DNA of 52,904 bases, taken from the IMG/VR virus record IMGVR_UViG_3300013123_000008, positions 1-52,904 of that record; one strand, written 5' to 3'. Shown here in pieces: positions 40,270 to 49,181 of this stretch. Each line of letters starts with the position of its first letter. Position 1 is the first letter of the stretch. The notes beneath the pieces were generated by a model, which was not told where the DNA came from, searched no databases, and saw nothing but the letters and a program-made list of their open reading frames with translations. The position numbers and the translations under genes were made by a program. Source of the stretch: a virus. Its lineage: Duplodnaviria; Caudoviricetes.

Positions 40270-41389
40270 GAATAATTTAAGATATTTAAAACAGTGTATT
40301 GCTTCTATTAAAGAAAATAGTACAAAAGAATATTCAATTATTGTTTATATTGATTCTGATACAGATGGTACAGAAACATGGTTACTTCAAAATAATATAC
40401 GATATATTAAAAATCCCGAATCTGAACCTAAGGGAATTGCATACGCATTTAATAGATGTGTAGAAAAAAGTATTACTCCAATTGTGTGTATATTTCATGC
40501 TGATATGTATATGGCAAAAGGATTTGATGTTGGCATATTAGACATAATTAAACCTGGAAAAGTAGTTAGTGCCACGCGAATAGAACCACCATTACACCCA
40601 GAAGGTAAAGAAAAAATAATTAAAAATTTTGGAATGTACCCTGAAGATTTTAAAAAAAATGAATTTGATAATTATGTTAAAGAATTATGTAAGTCGTCAT
40701 CATCAAATATAACACATGGAATATTTGCGCCATGGGCCATATATAAAGATGATATAATTAAAATAGGAATGCATGACGAAACATTTAATACATATTATGA
40801 AGACAGTGATATATTTAATAGATTTATATTAGAAGGATATGAATGTATTCAGACCTGGGTTTCATATGTATATCATTTAACGTGTAGAGGTGGTCAATTT
40901 AAAGATGGAATAGATAAAATCACTACTGACCCTGAATTTCATAGAAGAAAATTAAACTCAGGTAGAAATTATATTAGAAAATGGGGTTCGTGGATTAAAA
41001 ATGATGAATTTCAACACCCTATAATTATTCCTAAATATGATATAGGTATAGTTGTTAAAAATTGTAATCCATCAATACTGGCAGAATTGGAAATATGGTG
41101 TAACAACATATATATTGATGATCCTGTATTACGTACTAATTATATTCAGTCTGAACAACCTAACACACCATATAATTTAAGTGAGCGGGTATTATTGGGA
41201 ACTGATATAATTACAAATGATATAATTGTAGGATTTGATGCTCTATATTTAAATAAAGAAAATCATAAATTTATTCAATTGTTACAGGAAATTTTACAAG
41301 ATACGGGTGAAATTGGTGATATGGAATGGAATATATTTAAATTAAAAATACGTAAATTACGTAACGAATTAAACAAGGAAATTTTATGA
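40238..41389 (+). CDS. GT2 glycosyltransferase with C-terminal extension
   Basis: CIPSKNN, DGT, FHADM, YEDSD, YHLTCRG; GGAG RBS favours ATG 40238. Confidence 0.85.
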   Translation: MAEITYCIPSKNNLRYLKQCIASIKENSTKEYSIIVYIDSDTDGTETWLLQNNIRYIKNPESEPKGIAYAFNRCVEKSITPIVCIFHADMYMAKGFDVGILDIIKPGKVVSATRIEPPLHPEGKEKIIKNFGMYPEDFKKNEFDNYVKELCKSSSSNITHGIFAPWAIYKDDIIKIGMHDETFNTYYEDSDIFNRFILEGYECIQTWVSYVYHLTCRGGQFKDGIDKITTDPEFHRRKLNSGRNYIRKWGSWIKNDEFQHPIIIPKYDIGIVVKNCNPSILAELEIWCNNIYIDDPVLRTNYIQSEQPNTPYNLSERVLLGTDIITNDIIVGFDALYLNKENHKFIQLLQEILQDTGEIGDMEWNIFKLKIRKLRNELNKEIL

Positions 41390-42201
41390 CAACTATTAAT
41401 ATGTTAAAATTGGCTGCTATAATTATTGTAGTAACTACTATTGGTTATTTTATTAATGATTATGTTTCAACTAAAAATGAATTAGAAAAAATTAAAGTTG
41501 AAAATGTAATTAAAGATCAAAATACCAGGTGGTATAAAGATAGTTTACAAATGAAAGCTAGAATTATACAAAATTATTCAATAGCAGTTGGTAATTTAAA
41601 TACTCAGCTAAAAGATTCTAAAACTGAATATAGAATATTACAATCAAAATATAAAATAATATTTGATTCTCTTAATGTCCTAAATGGTTCAGTTCGGGTT
41701 GAATTTATGGATTCTTCTCATTTAACAATATACTTTAAAGGAGATAAAAAGAAAATTCACTATGACGGAAATGTAATCTATAATATAGATAATAGAAGTG
41801 CAGTACATTCCATTACAATTAATGTCGACCCTACGGAAATTCAAAGTTTTATATTTGCAGATAGTTTAGGTAAAATTAGAAATACTGTATTTGCTGATAG
41901 TGTATTAATTGATAGTGCATACACAATAATAGACGAAAGTGTTTATAAATTAATAACAGGAAAAGTTAAACCTGGAGAAAATCCAACATCACTTACTACC
42001 TATGACGGAATATGGTCTAAAATTAAGTTTGGTGGGTCACTATTAATAGGAAAAGATTTAACTCAGTTTAATGTAATAAGTGGATTCACACTAAATAATT
42101 ATATTATGTTATTAGGTAAATATGATTTATTTAATAAAGGAATAACTGTAGAATTATTTTATATGACAGATTTTTATCATACTTATAAATTAGTATTTTA
42201 A
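41386..42201 (+). CDS. Membrane-anchored coiled-coil protein
   Basis: N-terminal hydrophobic segment, heptad-rich region, beta-rich C-terminus. Confidence 0.6.
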   Translation: MTTINMLKLAAIIIVVTTIGYFINDYVSTKNELEKIKVENVIKDQNTRWYKDSLQMKARIIQNYSIAVGNLNTQLKDSKTEYRILQSKYKIIFDSLNVLNGSVRVEFMDSSHLTIYFKGDKKKIHYDGNVIYNIDNRSAVHSITINVDPTEIQSFIFADSLGKIRNTVFADSVLIDSAYTIIDESVYKLITGKVKPGENPTSLTTYDGIWSKIKFGGSLLIGKDLTQFNVISGFTLNNYIMLLGKYDLFNKGITVELFYMTDFYHTYKLVF

Positions 42202-42206
42202 ACAAT

Positions 42207-42683
42207 ATGAAAAAAGAATTAGAACAAAACTTATATAATAAATATCCTAAAATATTTAGACAGACAAATTTAAGCCCAGAAGAAACGTCAATGTGTTGGG
42301 GATTTACATGTGGGGATGGTTGGTACAAAATAATAGATACCCTATGTGAAAGATTACAATATGATATAGATCATAACTTTGAGCCTCAACTAGAAGCTGT
42401 ACAGGTGAAAGAAAAGTTTGGTACACTAAGATTCTATGTTAATAGTTCTACTGATACTCAAGATATAATTATTGCAACTGCAGAATCATTATCTAGATAT
42501 ACGTGTGAAGATTGTGGATTGTTAAGTGAACCAAATAGTAATGATGTAAGACATTGGGGTGGATATTATATTAGACACATATGTAGAAAATGTCATTACA
42601 AAAGAGTTATAAAATTGAAGTTTAATAGTTTTAAATATTTTTTAAAAAAATGGTTTAAAAGGTTATTTAGTAATATATATTAG
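42207..42683 (+). CDS. Hypothetical phage protein with zinc finger
   Basis: GDGW, QVKEKFGTLRFY, CEDCG...CRKC. Confidence 0.75.
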   Translation: MKKELEQNLYNKYPKIFRQTNLSPEETSMCWGFTCGDGWYKIIDTLCERLQYDIDHNFEPQLEAVQVKEKFGTLRFYVNSSTDTQDIIIATAESLSRYTCEDCGLLSEPNSNDVRHWGGYYIRHICRKCHYKRVIKLKFNSFKYFLKKWFKRLFSNIY

Positions 42684-42684
42684 T

Positions 42685-42747
42685 ATGTTAGTCGACGGCA
42701 CATAATTATAGCCGTTGAATTGTTAATAGCAATAATTCGATTAGCAT
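42685..42747 (+). promoter_or_regulatory. Structured 5' leader (three-way junction) upstream of the 42770 gene
   Basis: atgttagtcga/tcgattagcat 11 bp enclosing cggc/gccg and attgtt/agcaat hairpins. Confidence 0.5.
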
Positions 42748-42769
42748 GAACTCTTAATAGGAGAATACA

Positions 42770-43549
42770 ATGATTACTTCCAATAATATCCCATACGTGT
42801 GGTTAAATACTTATCAACCTATATTAAACCCTTCGGTTAATTTATTAATTCATAATAACCAACTTAAGCAATATCCTAATAATACTTTTTATTTAAAAGA
42901 TAAAACTGAATTTTCAATAATGTTTACTAATTCAAATCAATGTAAGATTGCATGTGAATTAAGTTTCAATGGAAAATCTCAATCTAATCGATTAGTATTA
43001 TTACCTAATTCTACTGTAAAGCTGGATAGATATTTAGATGATAATAAAAAGTTCGTTTTTGATATTTATCAAGTTGATAACAATGAAGTTGTAAAAACTA
43101 TTATCAAAGATAATGGAACTTTAAGAATTAGATTTTTTTCAGAAAATGTACTGACCTTTGTATCAAGTTCAATGCCTAGATATACATACTTAAATAATAC
43201 CTTTGATGAAATGAATTCTCGATGTGATTTATATACCCAGTGTTGTTCTTCAAATACATTGAGTACTGGAAACTCTAATAGTAGAAGTACAATTAAAACT
43301 AATTCATCTCAAATCGAAACAGGAAGAATTGCTATTGGCTCTGAGTCTAACCAATTATTTGATACTGATTATTCTACTTATAATACAGTACCATATGGAT
43401 CTATAGATTTTAATTTATTACCTGTAAATAAAGAACCTAAACCTGAATCTAAAAATGTAGTTTTTAATTCAAGAGTTTATTGTACTGGTTGTGGAAAACG
43501 ATTAAAATCTAGTTGGGCATATTGTCCTCAATGTGGTCAGAAAAACTGA
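42770..43549 (+). CDS. Hypothetical protein with C-terminal zinc ribbon
   Basis: 259 aa, AGGAG RBS, CTGCG...CPQCG. Confidence 0.8.
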   Translation: MITSNNIPYVWLNTYQPILNPSVNLLIHNNQLKQYPNNTFYLKDKTEFSIMFTNSNQCKIACELSFNGKSQSNRLVLLPNSTVKLDRYLDDNKKFVFDIYQVDNNEVVKTIIKDNGTLRIRFFSENVLTFVSSSMPRYTYLNNTFDEMNSRCDLYTQCCSSNTLSTGNSNSRSTIKTNSSQIETGRIAIGSESNQLFDTDYSTYNTVPYGSIDFNLLPVNKEPKPESKNVVFNSRVYCTGCGKRLKSSWAYCPQCGQKN

Positions 43550-43570
43550 TAAACTGATAAACTGATAAAC
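43543..43570 (+). repeat. Short tandem repeat (aaactgat)x3 over the stop codon
   Basis: aaactgat aaactgat aaactgat aaac. Confidence 0.85.
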
Positions 43571-43574
43571 CAGT

Positions 43575-43604
43575 AATAACCTAGAAATTCTCTAGGTTAT
43601 TTTT
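43575..43604 (+). terminator. Intrinsic terminator
   Basis: aataacctaga/tctaggttatt 11-bp stem plus T tract. Confidence 0.8.
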
Positions 43605-43609
43605 ATATT

Positions 43610-43643
43610 CTATGTATTTTATAGGATATTTTAGTTATATTTA
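43610..43643 (+). promoter_or_regulatory. Bipartite promoter CTATGTA-N19-TATATTTA
   Basis: Repeated motif with fixed spacing, right after a terminator. Confidence 0.65.
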
Positions 43644-43672
43644 TTATACAAATTAAAATAAAGATTACTATA

Positions 43673-44719
43673 ATGTTAAACAAAGAACTTCTTCAAAAAA
43701 TGGTTGATGAGAAATTCGTATCAGTTAAAAAACACCCTACTGAAGAATTGTGGATTTATAATTATACTCCATCTGCGGCTTATAGTCGTGTTTGGAACGA
43801 AGTCACTCTTATATGCAGAGGATTAGTTTTGGATGTTGAATATAATATTATAGCTCGTCCATTTAGAAAATTCTTTAATGTTGAGGAATTAGATCCAGAA
43901 ATAATTCCAAAATTACCATTTGATGTGTATGAAAAAATGGATGGGTCATTAGGAATAGTATTTTGTTGGAAAAATAGATGGATAATAGCAACTAGAGGTT
44001 CATTTGAATCTGAACAAGCTATTAAAGGACAAGAAATTTTAAATAGATCTAATATAAGTGCATTGTCTCCTGACTATACATATATGTTTGAAATAATTTA
44101 TCCTGAAAATAGAATCGTGATAAATTATGATTTTGAAGATTTAGTATTATTGGCGTGTATTGAACCTAAAAGTGGAATAGAAGTAGATATCCACAATGAT
44201 TATTATACTTCACGTTTTAGAGTTGTAAAAAAATATAATGGTCTTAAAGATTTTTCAACTTTAACATCTTTACAAGAAGATAATAAAGAAGGATTTGTTA
44301 TTAAATTTGAAAATAATTTTCGTATGAAAGTTAAGTTCGAAGAATATAAAAGACTTCATAGAATATTAACTGGGATATCTAATGTGACAGTCTGGGAATA
44401 TTTGTCTGACCATAAAGATATAAACGAACTATTAGAAAAAATACCAGATGAATTTTATATGTGGTTAAAAGATATAATAGTGGATTTGCGTTACAAATAC
44501 ACGACTGTTCAAGAATATGCTAGCAAATGTTTTGATGGTTTATTAGAAAACTTAAATGGTAAATTACCAATTAGAAAAGAATATGCTAAATGGGTAATGA
44601 AACATGAAAAATATATTCACGGAATATTATTCAGAATGTATGATAAAAAAGATTATTCAGAAATTATATGGAAAATAGTTAAACCTAAATGGTCAAAAGT
44701 ATTTAAATGCAGTGAATAA
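43673..44719 (+). CDS. rnlA: RNA ligase, T4 Rnl1-like
   Basis: CRGL, RPFRKFFN, EKMDGSL (KxDG), TRGSF, FEII, EGFVI, KVK. Confidence 0.9.
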   Translation: MLNKELLQKMVDEKFVSVKKHPTEELWIYNYTPSAAYSRVWNEVTLICRGLVLDVEYNIIARPFRKFFNVEELDPEIIPKLPFDVYEKMDGSLGIVFCWKNRWIIATRGSFESEQAIKGQEILNRSNISALSPDYTYMFEIIYPENRIVINYDFEDLVLLACIEPKSGIEVDIHNDYYTSRFRVVKKYNGLKDFSTLTSLQEDNKEGFVIKFENNFRMKVKFEEYKRLHRILTGISNVTVWEYLSDHKDINELLEKIPDEFYMWLKDIIVDLRYKYTTVQEYASKCFDGLLENLNGKLPIRKEYAKWVMKHEKYIHGILFRMYDKKDYSEIIWKIVKPKWSKVFKCSE

Positions 44720-44849
44720 ATTTAATTAACAATATCACTTTTTAGTTTAATTATTGTTTTAATAAATATGTTAGAGCGAATTACATTCAAACAAATGAAC
44801 ATTGGACTAAACGTTGGAAAAAAGTAAAATTAATTAATGAAAGTGCAAA

Positions 44850-45740
44850 ATGAAAGAGATTATTTTATTAATAGGATTACCTGGAAGTGGTAAAGATACT
44901 TGGTCATTAGAACAAATAAGAAAGTATCCAGGAAAATATAAACGTATTACTAAAGATATGTTGCGTGAAATGATGGATGATTCCAGATTTTCAAATGACA
45001 ATGAAAAAATGACATTAGAAGTTAGAGATGAAATAGTAAAAAAATCTTTAAGTAGAGGTTATTCAGTTATTATATCTGATACTAACTTTCCAGTAGGTGG
45101 AAAACATTTTAAAAGAATGTGTGAAATCGCGAAGTTGGTTGGTAATGTTAGAGTGTGGGAAAAATATTTTGATGTTGATATTAAAGAATGTAAAAGAAGA
45201 AATTTGTTGAGATCTAGAATTGTGCCTGAAGAAGTTATTGACCGAATGTTTGAAAAATATATTAAAGGAAGATCTTTTACTTTAGGTGATGAATATTTTC
45301 CAAAGTATGAAAAAATACCATATAATTTTGATTTGCCGGATTGTGTAATTTTTGATATTGATGGAACTTTGGCTCATATGAATGATAGAAGTCCATACGA
45401 ATGGTCAAAGGTAGGTGAAGATAAAAGTGATGTTTATTTATCTATTATTAGTAAATATTTAAAAACAGATACTAATTTGTTTATTTTTACTGGCAGGGAC
45501 GGGTCATGCTTAAATGAAACTAAAAACTGGTTAGATTTAGCTAATATAGGTTATGATAAGATTTTTATAAGACCTGCCGGAAATATGGAGAAAGATTCTT
45601 TAATAAAAGAAAGAATGTATAATGAGAATATTAAAGGTAAGTACAATGTTCTTTCAATTTTTGATGATAGAAACCAAGTAGTAGAAATGTGGAGATTATT
45701 AGGATTAACATGTTGCCAAGTCAATTATGGTGATTTTTGA
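44850..45740 (+). CDS. pseT: Polynucleotide 5'-kinase/3'-phosphatase (PNKP)
   Basis: GLPGSGK P-loop, SDTN; HAD FDIDGTLA, FTGR, FDDR. Confidence 0.93.
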   Translation: MKEIILLIGLPGSGKDTWSLEQIRKYPGKYKRITKDMLREMMDDSRFSNDNEKMTLEVRDEIVKKSLSRGYSVIISDTNFPVGGKHFKRMCEIAKLVGNVRVWEKYFDVDIKECKRRNLLRSRIVPEEVIDRMFEKYIKGRSFTLGDEYFPKYEKIPYNFDLPDCVIFDIDGTLAHMNDRSPYEWSKVGEDKSDVYLSIISKYLKTDTNLFIFTGRDGSCLNETKNWLDLANIGYDKIFIRPAGNMEKDSLIKERMYNENIKGKYNVLSIFDDRNQVVEMWRLLGLTCCQVNYGDF

Positions 45741-46567
45741 AATATAATCGTATATTTAGATATAGTGGTTCTAAATATAAATATATAAATTGTATTAATG
45801 GAACTATCAATTTTTCAAAAAAGAAAATTTTTGTTGAACCATTTGTCGGTAGTGGAGTAATTTTCTTAAATGTTAATAATTTTAAAAAATTTATTATAAA
45901 TGATATTGATAGAAATATTATTAGAATATTCAAGTCATTTAAAGAAATTTCATTTGATTATTATCAGACAAAATTAAATGACGTATATGATATGTTTGGG
46001 TCTATAAAAGATAATAAACACGCATATTATGAATTTAGAAACTGGTTTAATGATAATCATTGGAATACAGATACAATTGATGAAGGAATATATTTAATGT
46101 TTCTAGCAAATTCATGTATAAATTCTTTTTTAAGATTCGGTCCAAACGGAATGAATCAATCATATGGAAATAGAGCATATCAATATAATTATAAATATGA
46201 TATGCATAATAGAATATATGAACGATTACAAAATACAGAAATTTATAATTTAGATTATTTAAAATTTTTAAAAGTACTAAATTTACCTGTGTCTGAATAC
46301 GCATTCGTTTTGGATCCACCTTATATTAAAAAGAAAAGTTCATATGATACTTTAAATGAAAATTATTATAATTTTTTCTTAAGTAGTTTAGAATATTTAG
46401 AATATTACTATACTGATATTTATGACCCAGAAATTTTAGATAAATTAAAATGTTCATATAAAGTATTAAGAGAAAAAATGATTAATACGGGTCCTTTAAC
46501 TCATAAAAAACGGAATAATAATACTGAATGCATGTTTTTTAATTCTATGTACTTTGATGAAAAATAA
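45737..46567 (+). CDS. dam: D12-class DNA adenine methyltransferase (Dam-like)
   Basis: RYSGSK, EPFVGSG, IND, LDPPY. Confidence 0.85.
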   Translation: MKYNRIFRYSGSKYKYINCINGTINFSKKKIFVEPFVGSGVIFLNVNNFKKFIINDIDRNIIRIFKSFKEISFDYYQTKLNDVYDMFGSIKDNKHAYYEFRNWFNDNHWNTDTIDEGIYLMFLANSCINSFLRFGPNGMNQSYGNRAYQYNYKYDMHNRIYERLQNTEIYNLDYLKFLKVLNLPVSEYAFVLDPPYIKKKSSYDTLNENYYNFFLSSLEYLEYYYTDIYDPEILDKLKCSYKVLREKMINTGPLTHKKRNNNTECMFFNSMYFDEK

Positions 46568-46578
46568 GATTATATTTG
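46545..46578 (+). promoter_or_regulatory. Bipartite promoter CTATGTA-N19-TATATTTG
   Basis: Repeated motif; TAnnTTTG box 3 nt before ATG 46582. Confidence 0.65.
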
Positions 46579-46581
46579 TAT

Positions 46582-47313
46582 ATGTTAAATATAACTAAAA
46601 ATAGTAGATTTTTCGTGTGTGGTGATACTCATGGAAATCATGATATATCTAAACTTAATACTACATTATGGCCTGAACAAAAAGATTTAACTGAAAATGA
46701 TGTTCTTATTCAAGTAGGTGATTTTGGATTAATCTGGCAACAAGAACAAGATAGTGAAGAGAGATTCTGGTTAGAATGGTTAGATTCAAAACCATTTTTC
46801 ACTTTATTCATTGCTGGAAATCATGAAAACCATTGGAGATTAAATTCATACCCAGATGTACCATTTTATGGTGGTAGAGCTTCTTTCATATCACGCAAGG
46901 TTATTTTATTGAAAGATGGTTATGTATATACTTTTGGTGATAAGAAATTTTTTATGTTTGGAGGTGCATATTCACCAGATAAAGAATTTAGAGTATTAGG
47001 TCGTTCTTGGTGGCCAGAAGAAATTCCATCTTATAAAACAATGTTAGCAGGTATTATTAATTTGGAAAAAGAAAACTATAATATAGATTATATAATAACA
47101 CACACAATACCAAGTAGTATAATTTCTGTTCTTGGAGTACAAGATATTTATAATGATCCTGTATCTGTGTATTTAGAAAATATTAGAATGCAATTTATTG
47201 AAAGAAATAAGTTGTATAAGCATTGGTTTGCCGGTCATTGGCATATTGATAAAACGTTTGATGATTTTAATTTTAGTATAACATATAATAATAAACCTAT
47301 GGAAATAAAATGA
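46582..47313 (+). CDS. Calcineurin-like metallophosphoesterase
   Basis: GDTHG, GDFG, GNHE, THT, GHWH; ATG 46582 preferred over TTG 46576. Confidence 0.9.
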   Translation: MLNITKNSRFFVCGDTHGNHDISKLNTTLWPEQKDLTENDVLIQVGDFGLIWQQEQDSEERFWLEWLDSKPFFTLFIAGNHENHWRLNSYPDVPFYGGRASFISRKVILLKDGYVYTFGDKKFFMFGGAYSPDKEFRVLGRSWWPEEIPSYKTMLAGIINLEKENYNIDYIITHTIPSSIISVLGVQDIYNDPVSVYLENIRMQFIERNKLYKHWFAGHWHIDKTFDDFNFSITYNNKPMEIK

Positions 47314-47840
47314 ATAAGTTATTAAGAGATAAATGTTTATCTTCGAACAGAAAATTTAATATTTTATCTAAAGAAGAAGTAAAAAAAGAATTAGATAAAA
47401 TTCCAATTAATAAACCAACTAAATGTGTCGGTATAATAGAAGATGAATTTTATTCAACTATTACACCGGTATGTAAAGTTGTATACGCCCACTTAAACGG
47501 AGATTTTATTGTAGATCAATTTCATGACGATTTTGATAGACCTGGAGTTAGATTACAATCTGACAAATGTGGAAGTTATGTAGATATTTTATTTGAAACT
47601 CCTACTGATAAATTTATATTTATGAATGAGTTACAATCATCTAAACCTATTAAATATGAAGATAGAATCAATGATAATGGTAAAATTTATATTCCAGATG
47701 ATGTTTTACATAATACAAAATCAAAGTTGAAAGACATAACTATTAAGAACAAATTTAAATTCGCATTAGGAATATTAGCAGGTTTTTCTGTATTTAAGTT
47801 ATATAAAAATAAAAAGAAAGATTTAGGTCGGTTATTGTGA
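47310..47840 (+). CDS. Hypothetical protein with C-terminal hydrophobic anchor
   Basis: 176-aa ORF; FALGILAGFSVF followed by a basic tail. Confidence 0.65.
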   Translation: MNKLLRDKCLSSNRKFNILSKEEVKKELDKIPINKPTKCVGIIEDEFYSTITPVCKVVYAHLNGDFIVDQFHDDFDRPGVRLQSDKCGSYVDILFETPTDKFIFMNELQSSKPIKYEDRINDNGKIYIPDDVLHNTKSKLKDITIKNKFKFALGILAGFSVFKLYKNKKKDLGRLL

Positions 47841-47939
47841 TTTTCGTAAAATGAAATATTTGGAAAAATTAAATATGTAAAGTTTATATTTCACTATATA
47901 TAAAAGATACTATCTTTTAATTTTAACGGGAATATAAAT

Positions 47940-48212
47940 ATGAAAAAATATTTCGGTAAACTAAAATGTTTTATAGGTATACATAATTTTGTTATTAAAA
48001 GACGTATGAGTTTGTCGAATTGTATTTTCAGATTTTTAAGAATAAATAACCTAAATCCTAAGATTTATAAAGTTTTTATTTCTAAAGATAGAATGTTAAT
48101 TGATAAAAAGTGTTCTAGGTGTGAGGTTACAATAAATGAAATATTTGACTTTAACCAACTATTAAAAAAGGAATTAATAATTAATAAAAAAAATAAAATA
48201 AATTTAAATTAA
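47940..48212 (+). CDS. Hypothetical protein (CFIGIH...CSRC)
   Basis: 90-aa ORF, GGGA upstream. Confidence 0.55.
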   Translation: MKKYFGKLKCFIGIHNFVIKRRMSLSNCIFRFLRINNLNPKIYKVFISKDRMLIDKKCSRCEVTINEIFDFNQLLKKELIINKKNKINLN

Positions 48213-48407
48213 AGTTATTTTCTCTATATATATAATATATGAAAATGTATAATTTTATATCACTCAATTTACATAAATTCACCCAAATGGAGATTAAATG
48301 GAATATGTGTGATTATAGAACATCGGCATTTTCACCCGAATATAGTTTATAATCATATCTAAAAGATTAGATTGATTATGGACTTCACAAAAGGTCTAAT
48401 CTTTTAT

Positions 48408-48623
48408 ATGCGAAAACTAAAATATATTTGTGATACATGTCGTCATTTAATATGTGTTCCATATTCAATTGAAAACTTACATAAATGGTGCATGATTTAG
48501 GTATCAAACGGATTTGGTTTAATAAAAATCGTTATGATATACCTAAAAAGAATTATTGAGATTTTAGTAAATGTGAAATATGAGTAATAGGATATAGTAA
48601 ACATTATTCTAAAAGAATTTTAA
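48408..48623 (+). pseudogene. Frameshifted small gene, DUF4031-like
   Basis: Joining frames gives MRKLKYICDTCRHLICVPYSIENLHK/MVHDLGIKRIWFNKNRYDIPK.../...IVNIILKEF*, similar to the LH..A..IG.KR.WF...HYD pattern; shifts fall at short homopolymers. Confidence 0.5.
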
Positions 48624-48627
48624 TATT

Positions 48628-48661
48628 CTATGTACATTTACGAAAAAATATGATATTTTTA
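48628..48661 (+). promoter_or_regulatory. Bipartite promoter CTATGTA-N19-TATTTTTA before tRNA-Trp
   Basis: Repeated motif, fixed spacing. Confidence 0.6.
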
Positions 48662-48696
48662 ATATGTTAAAAAATTAATATCTAAGATGAGTGTAC

Positions 48697-48770
48697 GCGT
48701 TCTAATGTTCCAAGGTTAGGCGAATTGGTCTCCAAAACCGATTGGGAGAGTTCGATTCTCTCAGGACGTG
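48697..48770 (+). tRNA. tRNA-Trp(CCA)
   Basis: gcgttct/aggacgt acceptor, ttggt-CTCCAAA-accga, gagag-TTCGATT-ctctc, G73. Confidence 0.85.
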
Positions 48771-48788
48771 CAAAATTTATTTTTAATT

Positions 48789-48822
48789 CTATGTACAATT
48801 ATAAAAAAAATGATTAAATTTA
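48789..48822 (+). promoter_or_regulatory. Bipartite promoter CTATGTA-N19-TAAATTTA
   Basis: Repeated motif, fixed spacing. Confidence 0.6.
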
Positions 48823-48936
48823 CATATAATTAAAATATAAAAACTGAAATTAAGAGTTCCTGTTTCAATTTATAAATTGGGAATTAATAATTCTCTAAAA
48901 AGATGAACTGAATACATTAATGTTCTTTAAATTTAT

Positions 48937-49064
48937 GGGCGCGAAATAAGATTGGATAGATATACAATGCGGTTATTAATATTTGAGAGGATAGGTTCTT
49001 TAGAATATTAATGACAGAAAATAGGTTAACCTCCTAAGTCGGTGGAATTCCGATCGCGTCTTCC
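48937..49064 (+). ncRNA. Mini tmRNA/tRNA-like RNA (acceptor stem with G3-U70, T-arm, long internal hairpin)
   Basis: gggcgcg/cgcgtct, gtcgg-TGGAATT-ccgat, 13-bp hairpin 48972-49015. Confidence 0.55.
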
Positions 49065-49155
49065 CTTTTTTCAACATATAATATCTGAAAATTTATTTTT
49101 AGATACTGTTTACTTTAATATACATATATGTATATTTAAATGTTAAATTAAATAG

Positions 49156-49166
49156 GTTCTTTGACA
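49156..49166 (+). promoter_or_regulatory. boxA-like antitermination element
   Basis: gttctttgaca between a TATATTTA box (49131) and the tRNA array; second copy tgttctttaaa at 48921. Confidence 0.55.
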
Positions 49167-49181
49167 TATTGAAAACCATAA

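Noticed and set aside
44768-44827. 19-codon ORF MLERITFKQMNIGLNVGKK between ligase and PNKP
   Set aside because: Too short and no clear RBS; cannot be supported
1659-47000. Minus-strand and nested ORFs in the track (e.g. 4293-4541, 12427-12804, 16048-16440, 34382-34879, 24100-24315, 39164-39346)
   Set aside because: They lie antisense to or inside well-supported genes, show no motifs or RBS, and are expected shadow ORFs
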